Assembly (NCBI GenBank): GCA_043717125.1
Contig: JAYSXP010000524.1
Span: 3,936-67,935 of the forward strand
Source: Polyangiaceae bacterium
GTDB taxonomy: Bacteria; Myxococcota_A; Polyangia; Polyangiales; Polyangiaceae
Direction of reading: 5' to 3'
Length of the DNA: 64,000 nucleotides
The notes under the pieces are model-generated. The model was not told the origin of the DNA and did not search any database. It saw nothing but the letters and a program-made list of their open reading frames with translations. The translations under genes were made by a program, and so were the position numbers. Positions 32,386-41,428 of this stretch are shown in pieces. The first letter of the stretch is position 1. Every line of letters starts with the position of its first letter.

Positions 32386-33474
32386 ATGCGGACGCTTCCC
32401 GGGCGGATCCCGAAGCCGCGGGCTTCCAAGGTAGGAAGACCCGAAGGGCGCTTCACGCAGCATCGTCGCCTCGACAAGCTCCGCGAGATTCTCGAACGCG
32501 AGCCTCGTGGCCTCACGCTCGACGAGCTCGCGCGGATGCTCCACGTCACGCAGCGCTCTGTGCGCCGCTACCTGCTCGAGATGGAAGGCAGCCGCAACCC
32601 AGGAAAATTTGGGCTCCTCGAGTCGATCGGGACCACCCCGGGCGGCGCTCACGTATGGCGCATCAAGCCGGGCGAGCGCGGCCGAACCGTGTCGCTCCGG
32701 CGCGCGCAGGCCTACGCGATCCTGGCGACACGGCCCGCGCTCGACATCCTCAAGGGCTCGGCGCTCTTCGACGAGGTCGATCTCGCGCTCGGTCACATCG
32801 AGACGGTCGCTCAGACGCCGTTCCGCGCGCAGGGTCGCGCGCAGATCTCCGGCGAGCAGGGCCTCGAGGGCCGCTTCTTCTGGCTTCCCCCCACCGCGCG
32901 CACGTACCGCGCGCGCGGTGAGGACATGGACGAGCTCTTCCGCGCCGTCGCCGACCTGCGCGAGCTGCGCTTCCGACCGCGCATGCCGGCGGGAGCTTCG
33001 CGCGCCGAGCCCGTCGTCTTCCATCCCTACGCGATGGTCGTGCACAAGGGCTCGATCGTCTGCCTCGGCGTGCAAAGCGGCACGCGCGCGGCCTCGGACA
33101 TCGAGGTCGTTCCCTTCGAGGCCATGACCGAGCTGCGCTCGAGCGAGACGGAGCACTTCGAGCTCCCCGCGACGTTCGACGTGACTCACTACGTTCACGG
33201 AGAATTCGGCCTCGGAAAGCCTACGAAGACCCGCGCGCTCGTCGAGTTCGACGCGCGCGTCGCGGACGAGATTCGCTCGAAGAAGCTACACCGCGATCAG
33301 CGCGTCGCCATGAGCCCCGACGGGCGCCTTCGCCTGTCCGTGCCGCTCGTCAACGTCGATGCCTTCATCGGATGGGTTCTCTCCTTCGGCGACACGGCCA
33401 CCGTCGTCGAGCCCCCGGAGCTCGTGCGCCAGGTCGCGAGCATCCTCGAACGCGCCGCCCAGAGGTACCTATGA
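32386..33474 (+). CDS. HTH-WYL-WCX transcriptional regulator
   Basis: N-terminal HTH (LDELARMLHVTQRSVRRYL), HPYAMV (WYL region), C-terminal WVLSFGD...VVEPPEL (WCX). Confidence 0.85.
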   Translation: MRTLPGRIPKPRASKVGRPEGRFTQHRRLDKLREILEREPRGLTLDELARMLHVTQRSVRRYLLEMEGSRNPGKFGLLESIGTTPGGAHVWRIKPGERGRTVSLRRAQAYAILATRPALDILKGSALFDEVDLALGHIETVAQTPFRAQGRAQISGEQGLEGRFFWLPPTARTYRARGEDMDELFRAVADLRELRFRPRMPAGASRAEPVVFHPYAMVVHKGSIVCLGVQSGTRAASDIEVVPFEAMTELRSSETEHFELPATFDVTHYVHGEFGLGKPTKTRALVEFDARVADEIRSKKLHRDQRVAMSPDGRLRLSVPLVNVDAFIGWVLSFGDTATVVEPPELVRQVASILERAAQRYL

Positions 33475-34721
33475 CCGCACGCGATCACGACATCGTCCTC
33501 TTCGGCGCAACCGGTTTCACCGGAAAGCTCGTCGCCGAATACCTCGCACGCCACGCCGGGACCAAGAGCGTTCGCTGGGCCATCGCGGGTCGCAACGAGG
33601 CGAAGCTCGAGTCTGTGAAGCGCGACCTCGTCGCCATCGACCCCGCGCTCGCCGAGCTGCCCGTCCTCGTTGCGGACGGCCACGACCAGGCGTCACTCGA
33701 CGCCATTGTCCCCAAGACGCGCGTGGTCTGCACCACCGTCGGTCCTTTCGGAGTTCATGGTCGCAAGCTCGCCTCTACCTGCGCTCGCAGCGGAACGCAC
33801 TACTGCGACATCACCGGTGAGGTCCCGTTCATCCGGGCGTCGATCGACGAGAACCACGCAAAGGCCATCGAGACGCGCGCGCGCATCGTCCACTGCTGCG
33901 GCTTCGACTCGATCCCCTCGGACCTCGGCGTGTTCATCCTCTGGGACCACGCCCAGAAGCAAGGCGGCTCGCTCTCGTGGACGAAGGGCTTCGTCGGCGA
34001 GATGAGCGGCGCCGCGAGCGGCGGCACCGCCGCCACGATGCTCGCGATCGTCGAAGAGGCCACGCGCGACCCGAAGGTGCGCAGGCTCCTCGGCAACCCG
34101 CACGCCCTCGACCCCGAGGTGCCGCGCGGTCGTGTCCGCGACCCCTTCGAGGCTGACGTGCGTGGCGTCGCGTTCGACAGCGACATCGACCGATGGACCG
34201 CGCCCTTCGTGATGTCCTCGATCAACACGCGCATCGTGCGGCGCTCGAACGCGCTCCTCCACTACGGCGAGCCGTTCCGGTACCGCGAGGCGATGAGCCT
34301 GCCGAAGGGGCCGAAGGGCCTCGTCGCGGCCTCGGTCGTCACGGCGGGCATGGCCGCCTTCACGCTCGGCGCCGCGCTTCCCCCGACACGCGCGCTGCTT
34401 GCCCGCTTCGTGCTCCCGAAGGCTGGCGAGGGCCCGTCGAAGGAGGCGCGCGACCGCGGTCACTTCACGCTGCGCTTCATCGCCGAGGGCACCACCGGCA
34501 AGGCTACGCCGCTCCGCGTCAAAGCCACGGTGAAGGGCACGAGCGACCCCGGCTACGGCGAGACGGCGAAGATGCTCGGACAGTCCTGCCTCTGCCTCGC
34601 GATGGACGCCGATGCGCTCGGGCCTCGCTACGGCGTGCTCACGCCGGCGAGCGCGATGGGAATCACGCTCGTCGATCGGCTTCGCCGCGAGGGAATGACG
34701 TTCGCCATCGAAGGTGACTGA
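33471..34721 (+). CDS. saccharopine dehydrogenase-like oxidoreductase (trans-acting enoyl reductase family)
   Basis: DIVLFGATGFTG, AGRN, TTVGP, YCDITGE, CGFDSIPSDLG, DPGY.ETAKM; ATGA overlap with the WYL gene. Confidence 0.9.
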   Translation: MTARDHDIVLFGATGFTGKLVAEYLARHAGTKSVRWAIAGRNEAKLESVKRDLVAIDPALAELPVLVADGHDQASLDAIVPKTRVVCTTVGPFGVHGRKLASTCARSGTHYCDITGEVPFIRASIDENHAKAIETRARIVHCCGFDSIPSDLGVFILWDHAQKQGGSLSWTKGFVGEMSGAASGGTAATMLAIVEEATRDPKVRRLLGNPHALDPEVPRGRVRDPFEADVRGVAFDSDIDRWTAPFVMSSINTRIVRRSNALLHYGEPFRYREAMSLPKGPKGLVAASVVTAGMAAFTLGAALPPTRALLARFVLPKAGEGPSKEARDRGHFTLRFIAEGTTGKATPLRVKATVKGTSDPGYGETAKMLGQSCLCLAMDADALGPRYGVLTPASAMGITLVDRLRREGMTFAIEGD

Positions 34722-34785
34722 AAGGCCCCAAAAAACCGGAATTGATGGGGTTGCGCCGTCGCCGTGGCCGTGGAATGGAAAAGGC

Positions 34786-36166
34786 ATGAGCGTGTTGAAG
34801 ATGCTGCCGAACGGGCCGTTCTTTCCGAAGAAGCCGACCGTCGATCCGTCGACGCTCGCGTACAAAGAGCTGCTGCGCGGCCCCTTCTGGCAGCGCATCC
34901 CAGCCTACGCGACGGTGACGGAGGAACAGTTCCTCGACCACAACTGGCAGGCGAAGAACAGCATCACGAGCCCGGCGAAGCTGCTCGCGGCGGTCCAGGA
35001 GCTCGTCCCCGCTGCGTTCATCCAGGACGCCGAGGAGGGCTTCAAGCACTCGCCCATGTCCGTACGCGTCAGCCCGTACCTGCTGAGCCTTATCGACTGG
35101 ACGAAGCCCTACGAGGATCCGCTCCGCATTCAGTTCATCCCGATGGGGTCGAAGCTGAAGGCCGACCATCCGAAGCTCGATCTCGACTCGCTGCACGAGC
35201 AGGCCGATGCCCCCGTGCCGGGCCTCACGCATCGCTACCAGGACAAGGCGCTCTTTCTCGCGCTCGACACGTGCCCCGTCTACTGCCGCTTCTGCACGCG
35301 CAGCTACGCGGTCGGCGTCGACACCGAAGAAGTCGAGAAGGTGAGCCTCAAGGTCTCGAGCGAGCGCTGGGCCCGCGATCGAGTACATCGCCTCGCGTCC
35401 CGAGCTCGAGGACATCGTCATCTCCGGCGGTGATGCCTACCAGCTGCGCGCCGCGCAGATCGAGGAGATCGGCGACGCCCTCCTCGCGATCCCGAACGTG
35501 CGGCGCATGCGCTTCGCGACGAAGGGCCCGGCGGTCATGCCGCAGAAGCTCCTCACCGATCACGCGTGGACGGACGCGCTCACCCGCGTCGTGGAGAAAG
35601 GCCGAAAGCTTCACAAGGAGGTGGTGCTCCACACACACTTCAACCACCCGAACGAGATCACGGGCATCACCGAAGACGCGATGAACAAGCTCATGGAGCG
35701 CGGCATCATCGTGCGCAACCAGAGCGTGCTCCAGCGCGGCGTAAACGACTCGCCCGAGACGATGACCATGCTCGTCAAGCGCATGGGGCACCTCAACGTC
35801 CACGCGTACTACGTCTACGTTCACGACCTCGTGAAGGGCGTCGAGGATCTCCGCACCTCGGTCGACACGGCCATCTTCGTCGAGAAGCACGTGCGCGGCT
35901 CGACGGCGGGCTTCAACACACCGACGTTCGTGGTCGACGCGCCGGGCGGCGGCGGCAAGCGCGACGTCCACTCGTTCGAGCACTACGACCGTGAGACGGG
36001 CATCAGCGTGTACATGGCGCCGAGTGTGAAGCAGGGGCAGTATTTTCTCTACTTCGACCCGCTTCACCAACTCTCGAAGGCCGTTCAGCGTCGCTGGGCC
36101 GACCCCGCCCAACGCGATCTCATGACCGGCGCGGCGATCGCGAAGGCCAAAGAACGCGTCCGCTGA
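34786..36166 (+). pseudogene. KamA-family radical SAM protein (lysine 2,3-aminomutase-like), frameshifted
   Basis: DPLRIQF, THRY, CPVYCRFCTR in the first frame; IEYI...DIVISGGD, HFNHPNE, NQSVLQRGVND, VVDAPGGGGK in the second; 2 nt missing near 35375 (TGG GCC CGC [GC]G ATC). Confidence 0.88.
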
Positions 36167-36222
36167 ATTCTCCACTGAGCCCCATGCTGGCCGCTGGCGA
36201 TCGAAGCTCGGTCCCATTGGGG

Positions 36223-36513
36223 TCATTTCCGAATCGGGGCGGTCGGGAGCGAGAGCGACGAGGGAGCGAGAGCACCACCTGGGTAGAAGTGAAGACCACG
36301 GGGATCTTCCACGGTCTGCTGCTGAAAAACTTCGAGGTTGTCGGTCGAGCCGACCGTGAACGGCTTCGACGGGCTCGCGGGCGACCTTGAAGACGGGCTG
36401 CTTTCCGTCGCCGGTCCGCGCGGCGGCGGCGGCGGGTCGAGCGACATCGTCTCACAACCGACCATCGTGAACAGAGCGCCGACCGCGAGACAGGCAACGG
36501 CTCTTTCGCTCAT
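36223..36513 (-). pseudogene. short inverted paralog (internally deleted copy) of the 36632-37291 lipoprotein gene
   Basis: Signal+C, LDPPPPP and SPSKPFT...L.VF.Q shared with the divergent gene; the middle is absent. Confidence 0.65.
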
Positions 36514-37187
36514 CAAGAAGGCTTAGGAACGACATCGCGCTTCGATCCCCACGTGCACGCGTCGCCCAAACGGACGCCGCTCCCGCGCGCTGCTGTTGCC
36601 TCTCTGCTGTTCTCGGGTACCTTTTTCAGAGATGAGGATCTTCTTCGCTGCCGCGATCGCGCTCGCCGGGATGGGCACGTCGAGCTGCAAGGATCTCGAT
36701 CCTCCCCCGCCTCCGCCTTTCCAGATCTTCATCCGGATCGACAGTGATCCAGGCCGCCCGATCGCCGGCGCCACGGTCTCCCGAAACAACAAGCCGCTCG
36801 GCACCACAGGCCCCGACGGGCGCGCGATGTTGACGGTCGTCGGGGCCGAGGGCGAGACCACTGACGTCACGATCAAGTGCCCGGATGCATTCACTTCTCC
36901 GGTGAAGGCGACGAGCATCCGCTTGACTCGATTCGCGGACAAATCGAAGGTCCCGGAGTACACGGTTTCGTGTCCGCCTTTGCTCCGGCGCGTCGTCGTC
37001 GCCGTGAAGGCCGAAAACGGCGCGAACCTGCCGGTCGTCTACCTGAACAAGGTCATCACGCGGACCGACATCTCCGGCGCAGCCCATTTTGCCCTGGAAA
37101 TTGCGCCGAATACGCAGTTCCAGGTGATGCTCGACACGACCGAGCACAGCAAGCTGAAGCCGGTGAGCCCGTCGAAGCCGTTCACGG
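36354..37187. repeat. 23-bp perfect inverted repeat pair (36354-36376 and 37165-37187)
   Basis: ccgtgaacggcttcgacgggctc is the exact reverse complement of gagcccgtcgaagccgttcacgg. Confidence 0.9.
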
Positions 37188-37291
37188 CTCCGGCGCACGA
37201 CGAGATCCTCGTTTTCGACCAGAAGTTCGACCTCGAGAAGGTCCGCGCGGTCGCGGCCCCGAGGCCCAACATCCCGAAGGCGCTCAACTAA
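36632..37291 (+). CDS. lipoprotein with carboxypeptidase-regulatory-like beta-sandwich domains
   Basis: Signal MRIFFAAAIALAGMGTSSC; PIAGATV...GTTGPDGRA and a second RTDISGAA motif. Confidence 0.72.
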   Translation: MRIFFAAAIALAGMGTSSCKDLDPPPPPPFQIFIRIDSDPGRPIAGATVSRNNKPLGTTGPDGRAMLTVVGAEGETTDVTIKCPDAFTSPVKATSIRLTRFADKSKVPEYTVSCPPLLRRVVVAVKAENGANLPVVYLNKVITRTDISGAAHFALEIAPNTQFQVMLDTTEHSKLKPVSPSKPFTAPAHDEILVFDQKFDLEKVRAVAAPRPNIPKALN

Positions 37292-37363
37292 TCTCCGCTT
37301 CGGGCCCGGCTGAGCTGCGCACAAATGGTGCGCATGTAGTCGAAACTATTCGTGTAGTCCGTC

Positions 37364-37440
37364 TGGGTGGATCAAGATCCACCCACCCAATCGGCTAGTC
37401 GACGATCCACCCACGGGAAAGTAGGAGTTCGTCCCACCCA
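37364..37440. promoter_or_regulatory. array of GATCCACCCA boxes upstream of the Flp pilin (candidate activator sites)
   Basis: TGGGTGGATC-aa-GATCCACCCA inverted pair at 37364-37385, direct copy at 37404, variant GTCCCACCCA at 37431. Confidence 0.55.
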
Positions 37441-37515
37441 TCGAAAATACGATGGAACGTTGCTCCGGAGACAACGCCTCGACCCCGGTTCCGTTCCCAG
37501 CGGTCAGGAACAAGC

Positions 37516-37531
37516 TGGCACCATTCGTGGA
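37516..37531 (+). promoter_or_regulatory. possible sigma54 promoter of the flp gene
   Basis: TGGCAC-cattc-GTGGA: perfect -24 element, -12 has GG instead of GC. Confidence 0.35.
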
Positions 37532-37617
37532 TATGTTGTCTGCGACGCAACGAGGCGGCGCAAACGGCGAGCGCGGCACTCAGCAACTCCCCACAGTCCA
37601 CGAAAGCGAGAACTCAC

Positions 37618-37788
37618 ATGTCCAAGGCCCAGACGCTCCTCTCCAAGACCCGCGGCGCCACCATCGTCGAGTACGCGATGCTCATCATCGCCGTCATGTT
37701 CATCGCGGCCGCGACGTTCCGCGTCCTCGGCAACAAGGTCAAGGACAACGCACAGAAGTCGACGGACGAAATCGGCAAGACCAGCTGA
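37618..37788 (+). CDS. flp: Flp-family type IVc pilin (56 aa, missed by ORF track)
   Basis: MSKAQTLLSKTRG|ATIVEYAMLIIAVMFIAAATFRVLGNKV...: G|XXXXEY Flp motif and hydrophobic helix. Confidence 0.92.
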   Translation: MSKAQTLLSKTRGATIVEYAMLIIAVMFIAAATFRVLGNKVKDNAQKSTDEIGKTS

Positions 37789-37906
37789 TTCGGGCCTCGT
37801 GGAAGCGTCGTGCTCGCGAGTGCATGCCTGAAGAGTGCACTCCGAGCCGCGCTGGGATATTCCTGACGGCAGGCGGGCGACAGTCGCCCGCACGAGACGA
37901 AGCCGG

Positions 37907-38461
37907 ATGTACGAACCGCTACCGCATCAGCACGTTGTTTTCATCGTTGCGATTGCGGTAGCCGCGCTTGCGGCTCTCTCGGACTGGCGACGCGGAGAGA
38001 TCCCGAACTGGCTCACCTACGGAGCACTGGGCGTAGCCCCGCTGCTCCACGTCGGCCGGATGCTCGCGGCGCACAACGCCGTAGAGAGCGCGCTCACGGA
38101 GGGCGGCTACTCGCTTCTCGGAGCGCTCGTCGCCGTGATTGTACCGGCGATGCTGTATCGGCAGGGCGCGATCGGCGGAGGAGATCTCAAGCTCCTCGCA
38201 GCTCTGGGAGCGCTCCTCCAGACCACGCTCGGCATCGAGGCCGAGATGTACGGATTCTTCGCGGCAGCATTGTTCGCCCCTGCGCGCCTCGCGTACGAGG
38301 GAAAGCTCATCGTGACGGTGAAGAACGCCGCCACGATTCTGGTGAACATGTTCTTGCCGAAGTCGAAGCAACGACATGTGGAGGAGACAGCGCTCTCGTG
38401 GTTTCGACTCGGACCTCCGTTGTTCTTCGGAGTCCTACTGACGGTCTACTTGCACTGGTAA
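37907..38461 (+). CDS. cpaA: A24-family prepilin peptidase (CpaA/TadV)
   Basis: SDWRRGEIPNWLT and GAIGGGDLKLLAALG catalytic Asp motifs; multi-TM. Confidence 0.9.
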   Translation: MYEPLPHQHVVFIVAIAVAALAALSDWRRGEIPNWLTYGALGVAPLLHVGRMLAAHNAVESALTEGGYSLLGALVAVIVPAMLYRQGAIGGGDLKLLAALGALLQTTLGIEAEMYGFFAAALFAPARLAYEGKLIVTVKNAATILVNMFLPKSKQRHVEETALSWFRLGPPLFFGVLLTVYLHW

Positions 38462-38497
38462 GCCGTTTGCAGAGTGTTTGAAGTGGAGGGCTCGACG

Positions 38498-38665
38498 ATG
38501 TTGCGTTGGATGCGAGCAAGCCGTCGAGGCGCTGTCATGGTCGAGTATGCGCTCCTGCTCATGGCAGTGGGCGTTCCTGCCGTTGTCGGCCTCACGGCTG
38601 GCGGCGTGCAGATGTTGACGAACTACAAGGACGCGCGCAACGCGATGTTGGCGCCGTTCCCGTGA
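38498..38665 (+). CDS. flp: second Flp-family pilin
   Basis: MLRWMRASRRG|AVMVEYALLLMAVG; GGAGG RBS. Confidence 0.85.
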   Translation: MLRWMRASRRGAVMVEYALLLMAVGVPAVVGLTAGGVQMLTNYKDARNAMLAPFP

Positions 38666-38676
38666 AGCACCCCCTC

Positions 38677-39192
38677 ATGAAAAACGAGACCCTCAGCAAG
38701 CTGCATGGTGACAAGCGAGGCGCAGTCCTCGTGGAGTTCGCCGCCGCTTTCCTGCCGCTGATGATCACGTTCTCGTGCTTCGTCCAGGTTGCCCAGCTTG
38801 CGACGGCGAAGCTCGTCGTCAAGCACAGCGCCGTCGTCGGCGCGCGCGCGGCGGCGGTTCTCACGAACGCGAAGGGGAACACGCCCGACCAGAAGAAGGG
38901 CGAGAACAACGCCGATGTCACCGCCGGCGTGAGAGCCGCGATGGGCCCGTGGGCAAAGACGATGGACAGCGTGGACGTCACGATCAAGGACGAGTCGAGC
39001 TGCGAAGACGATGGCCAGTACGGGCTCGTCAGCGTGACCGTCAAGGCGCAGTACAGGTGCAGCGTGCCGTTCGGCAGCCGCCTCCTCTGCGGTGCGTTCC
39101 ACGCGACGCGTAACTTCGAGCAGACCTACGGATTCCCCCATCAGGGAGCTCGCTACAAGGGCGACGGCGGCAGCTGCGGCGGCGGCAAGTAG
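38677..39192 (+). CDS. TadE-family minor pilin
   Basis: KRG|AVLVEFAAAFLP...HSAVVGARAAAV; alternative GTG start 38662 overlaps the flp stop. Confidence 0.85.
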   Translation: MKNETLSKLHGDKRGAVLVEFAAAFLPLMITFSCFVQVAQLATAKLVVKHSAVVGARAAAVLTNAKGNTPDQKKGENNADVTAGVRAAMGPWAKTMDSVDVTIKDESSCEDDGQYGLVSVTVKAQYRCSVPFGSRLLCGAFHATRNFEQTYGFPHQGARYKGDGGSCGGGK

Positions 39193-39209
39193 CACGAGGT
39201 GCAAGACAC

Positions 39210-40817
39210 ATGAGCGCCAAGACCAGCCTCCAAGACCTTCATCACGACAAGCGCGGAGCGATCATGCTGATCGGACTCTGCATGTCGTGTTTTCTGATCG
39301 GCTCGCTCTGGTTCCTCATCGGCATCGGTGACGCGATTGTCTTCCGCGACAGCATGCAGGAAGCCACCGACCACGCGACGTTCACGTCCGCGGTGCTGCA
39401 CGCGAAGGGGATGAACTTCATCTCCGCCTGCAACCTCATCATGCTCGCGCTGATCGCCGTTCACATCATCCTCGGGATCATCCACGACCTCGCGCTCGCG
39501 GCCTGCATCATCTGGTTCTGGACGTGCGGCGTCTGGATCCAGGCCCGGCGCGTCTACACGACGTACGCAAAGATTTTCAAGCCGGTCTGCGGTGCGATCC
39601 ACTTCGCAGAGCTCGGAGCGGCGTACGGCTACCCACTCCTCGCGGCGTACAAGGGCTACAGAATCGGCGCCGATTACGGAGAGTTTTCACCAAAGAAACA
39701 CGACGTAACCATGATCGTGATCAGCCCGTCGATCATCCCGGGCAGCTTGGTGTCGGCCGGCCTCAACAAGGCACTCACCAGCAAAGGCACGGGCAAGCCC
39801 GACAAGGACGGCAAGCCGACCGACGACAAGAGCCTCACCAGCACGAGCGAGACGAAGAAGGGCCTTCCCGTCGAGTCGAAGAAGTTCAACACCGTCTGCG
39901 AGAAGCTCGGCAGTGAGGTTGTCAGCGCAATCTTCGGCGCCCTCGGCGCAACCGGCACGGTGGCCAACAAGGTCGCGGGCTGGATCGGCAAGGGCGTCAA
40001 GTGGCGCTACTGCAACGACACGGGCTCTTCGACCCTCGACGGCGGATTCACCGGCGGCATTGCCGACGGCAACAACGGGATCGCCAAGCAGAACGCGGAC
40101 ATCGATAAGCAGAACGCAAAGGCCCCCAAGGGCTCGACGCCGCAGACCAAGCTCGACTCGGTGAGCGCGGGCAGCGGCAGCGGGACCGGGAGCGGCGGGT
40201 CGTGCATGAAGGACAACAGCAGCCTCGACCCGGGCTTCGACTCCTGGTGGGGCTGCCCCGGTCCGCTCGTCCCCTGGGGTGGCAGCGAGAACGGCAGCCC
40301 GTGGATGCAGGTCTGGGGCATCAATCTCCATCCCGACTTCAAGGACCATTCGGAGCACCGCGTGGGCGTCGCTCAGCGCAAGACGGGCGTGTCCTCGAGC
40401 GCCGAGGAGAGCATCTACTTCTCGCAGGCCGAGTTCTACTTCGATTGCAAGCAGGACTGGAAGCACGAGGAGTGCAACAAGGACGACAACGCTGGCTACT
40501 CGATCCAGTGGCGCGGTCGGCTCCGGCGCCTCGAGTTCCCGCAGATCGGCCAGATGATCAGCAGCTTCGCTGGGGAGTTTCTCGGGGGCCTGACGGCCTA
40601 CAAGGATTTCCAGAAGCTCATCGGGAACGGCGGAAAGGAGCCCGAGAAGGGGCCTGACGGAAAGGAGCCCGAGAAGGGACTCGCGGCGAAGGGCTTCGAG
40701 GCCCTCGTCGACAAGGCCTTCGAGAAGTTCGTCACCGACCCCCTCAAGGGCGTCATCAACAAGGCGGGCAAAGGCGCGGACAAGCTGCTCGACCCCGATC
40801 TCGGCGCCTACCACTGA
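39210..40817 (+). CDS. TadG-like large pilin / candidate tip protein
   Basis: KRG|AIMLI + TM, QEATD.A..TSAV..AKGMN Tad N-terminal motif; Cys-containing C-terminal domain; duplicated GKEPEKG. Confidence 0.7.
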   Translation: MSAKTSLQDLHHDKRGAIMLIGLCMSCFLIGSLWFLIGIGDAIVFRDSMQEATDHATFTSAVLHAKGMNFISACNLIMLALIAVHIILGIIHDLALAACIIWFWTCGVWIQARRVYTTYAKIFKPVCGAIHFAELGAAYGYPLLAAYKGYRIGADYGEFSPKKHDVTMIVISPSIIPGSLVSAGLNKALTSKGTGKPDKDGKPTDDKSLTSTSETKKGLPVESKKFNTVCEKLGSEVVSAIFGALGATGTVANKVAGWIGKGVKWRYCNDTGSSTLDGGFTGGIADGNNGIAKQNADIDKQNAKAPKGSTPQTKLDSVSAGSGSGTGSGGSCMKDNSSLDPGFDSWWGCPGPLVPWGGSENGSPWMQVWGINLHPDFKDHSEHRVGVAQRKTGVSSSAEESIYFSQAEFYFDCKQDWKHEECNKDDNAGYSIQWRGRLRRLEFPQIGQMISSFAGEFLGGLTAYKDFQKLIGNGGKEPEKGPDGKEPEKGLAAKGFEALVDKAFEKFVTDPLKGVINKAGKGADKLLDPDLGAYH

Positions 40818-40837
40818 GCCCGGCGAGGAACACGAAG

Positions 40838-41416
40838 ATGTCGATTCTCACCAAAGCAGCAAAGCTCAGGAGCCGCTCACGCCGCGCCTCGCGTGGCGCG
40901 GCGCTCGTCGAAGCCGCGGTCGTCATCCCGGTCATGTTGGTCTTCGCTGGCCTCACGATGTTCAGCTACCGCTCGTACGAGATGAAGTTCGACAAGCAGA
41001 TGGGAACGCGCGCCGGCACCCTTTACTACGCGTCGCACAGCTGCACGGGTGACATGCCTGCCAGTCTGGTACCCCCCTCAAAGCCAGTCGATGAGAGCGC
41101 GGATCCTGGCGGTGACCCGCTCCCGGGCGGCAACGCGACGGACCCGAGCCGACTCGGCGGAGACCAGGGCAGCATGGCGGGCGCCTCCGCCGGGCTGAAG
41201 AAGTCGGTGAGCTATGCGAAAAGCCAACCGAAAGACTCGCCCGTCTTCGCGAGCGTCGTCAACGACCGCAAGTCCGTGCCTCTCAATCGGATGATCAGCG
41301 CGGAATCCGAGGTCGCTTGCAACGAGAAGTCGTATCCGAACAAGTGGTCCGCCATGTTCAAGTTCCTTGTCGGGTTCGCGCAACAGGGCGGCGGACTCTC
41401 CAGCCCTCCGGAATAA
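40838..41416 (+). CDS. TadE-family minor pilin
   Basis: SRG|AALVEAAVVIPVMLVF prepilin-type N-terminus. Confidence 0.8.
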   Translation: MSILTKAAKLRSRSRRASRGAALVEAAVVIPVMLVFAGLTMFSYRSYEMKFDKQMGTRAGTLYYASHSCTGDMPASLVPPSKPVDESADPGGDPLPGGNATDPSRLGGDQGSMAGASAGLKKSVSYAKSQPKDSPVFASVVNDRKSVPLNRMISAESEVACNEKSYPNKWSAMFKFLVGFAQQGGGLSSPPE

Positions 41417-41428
41417 CGAGGAGAAGAG

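Noticed and set aside
32386-33474. Anti-phage defence island marked by the WYL gene
   Set aside because: Neighbours are metabolic genes; no nuclease, toxin or restriction genes are recognisable.
37292-37617. c-di-GMP (GEMM) riboswitch or tRNA upstream of flp
   Set aside because: Hairpins are present but I could not match the GEMM consensus or a cloverleaf; an Infernal/Rfam scan would settle it.
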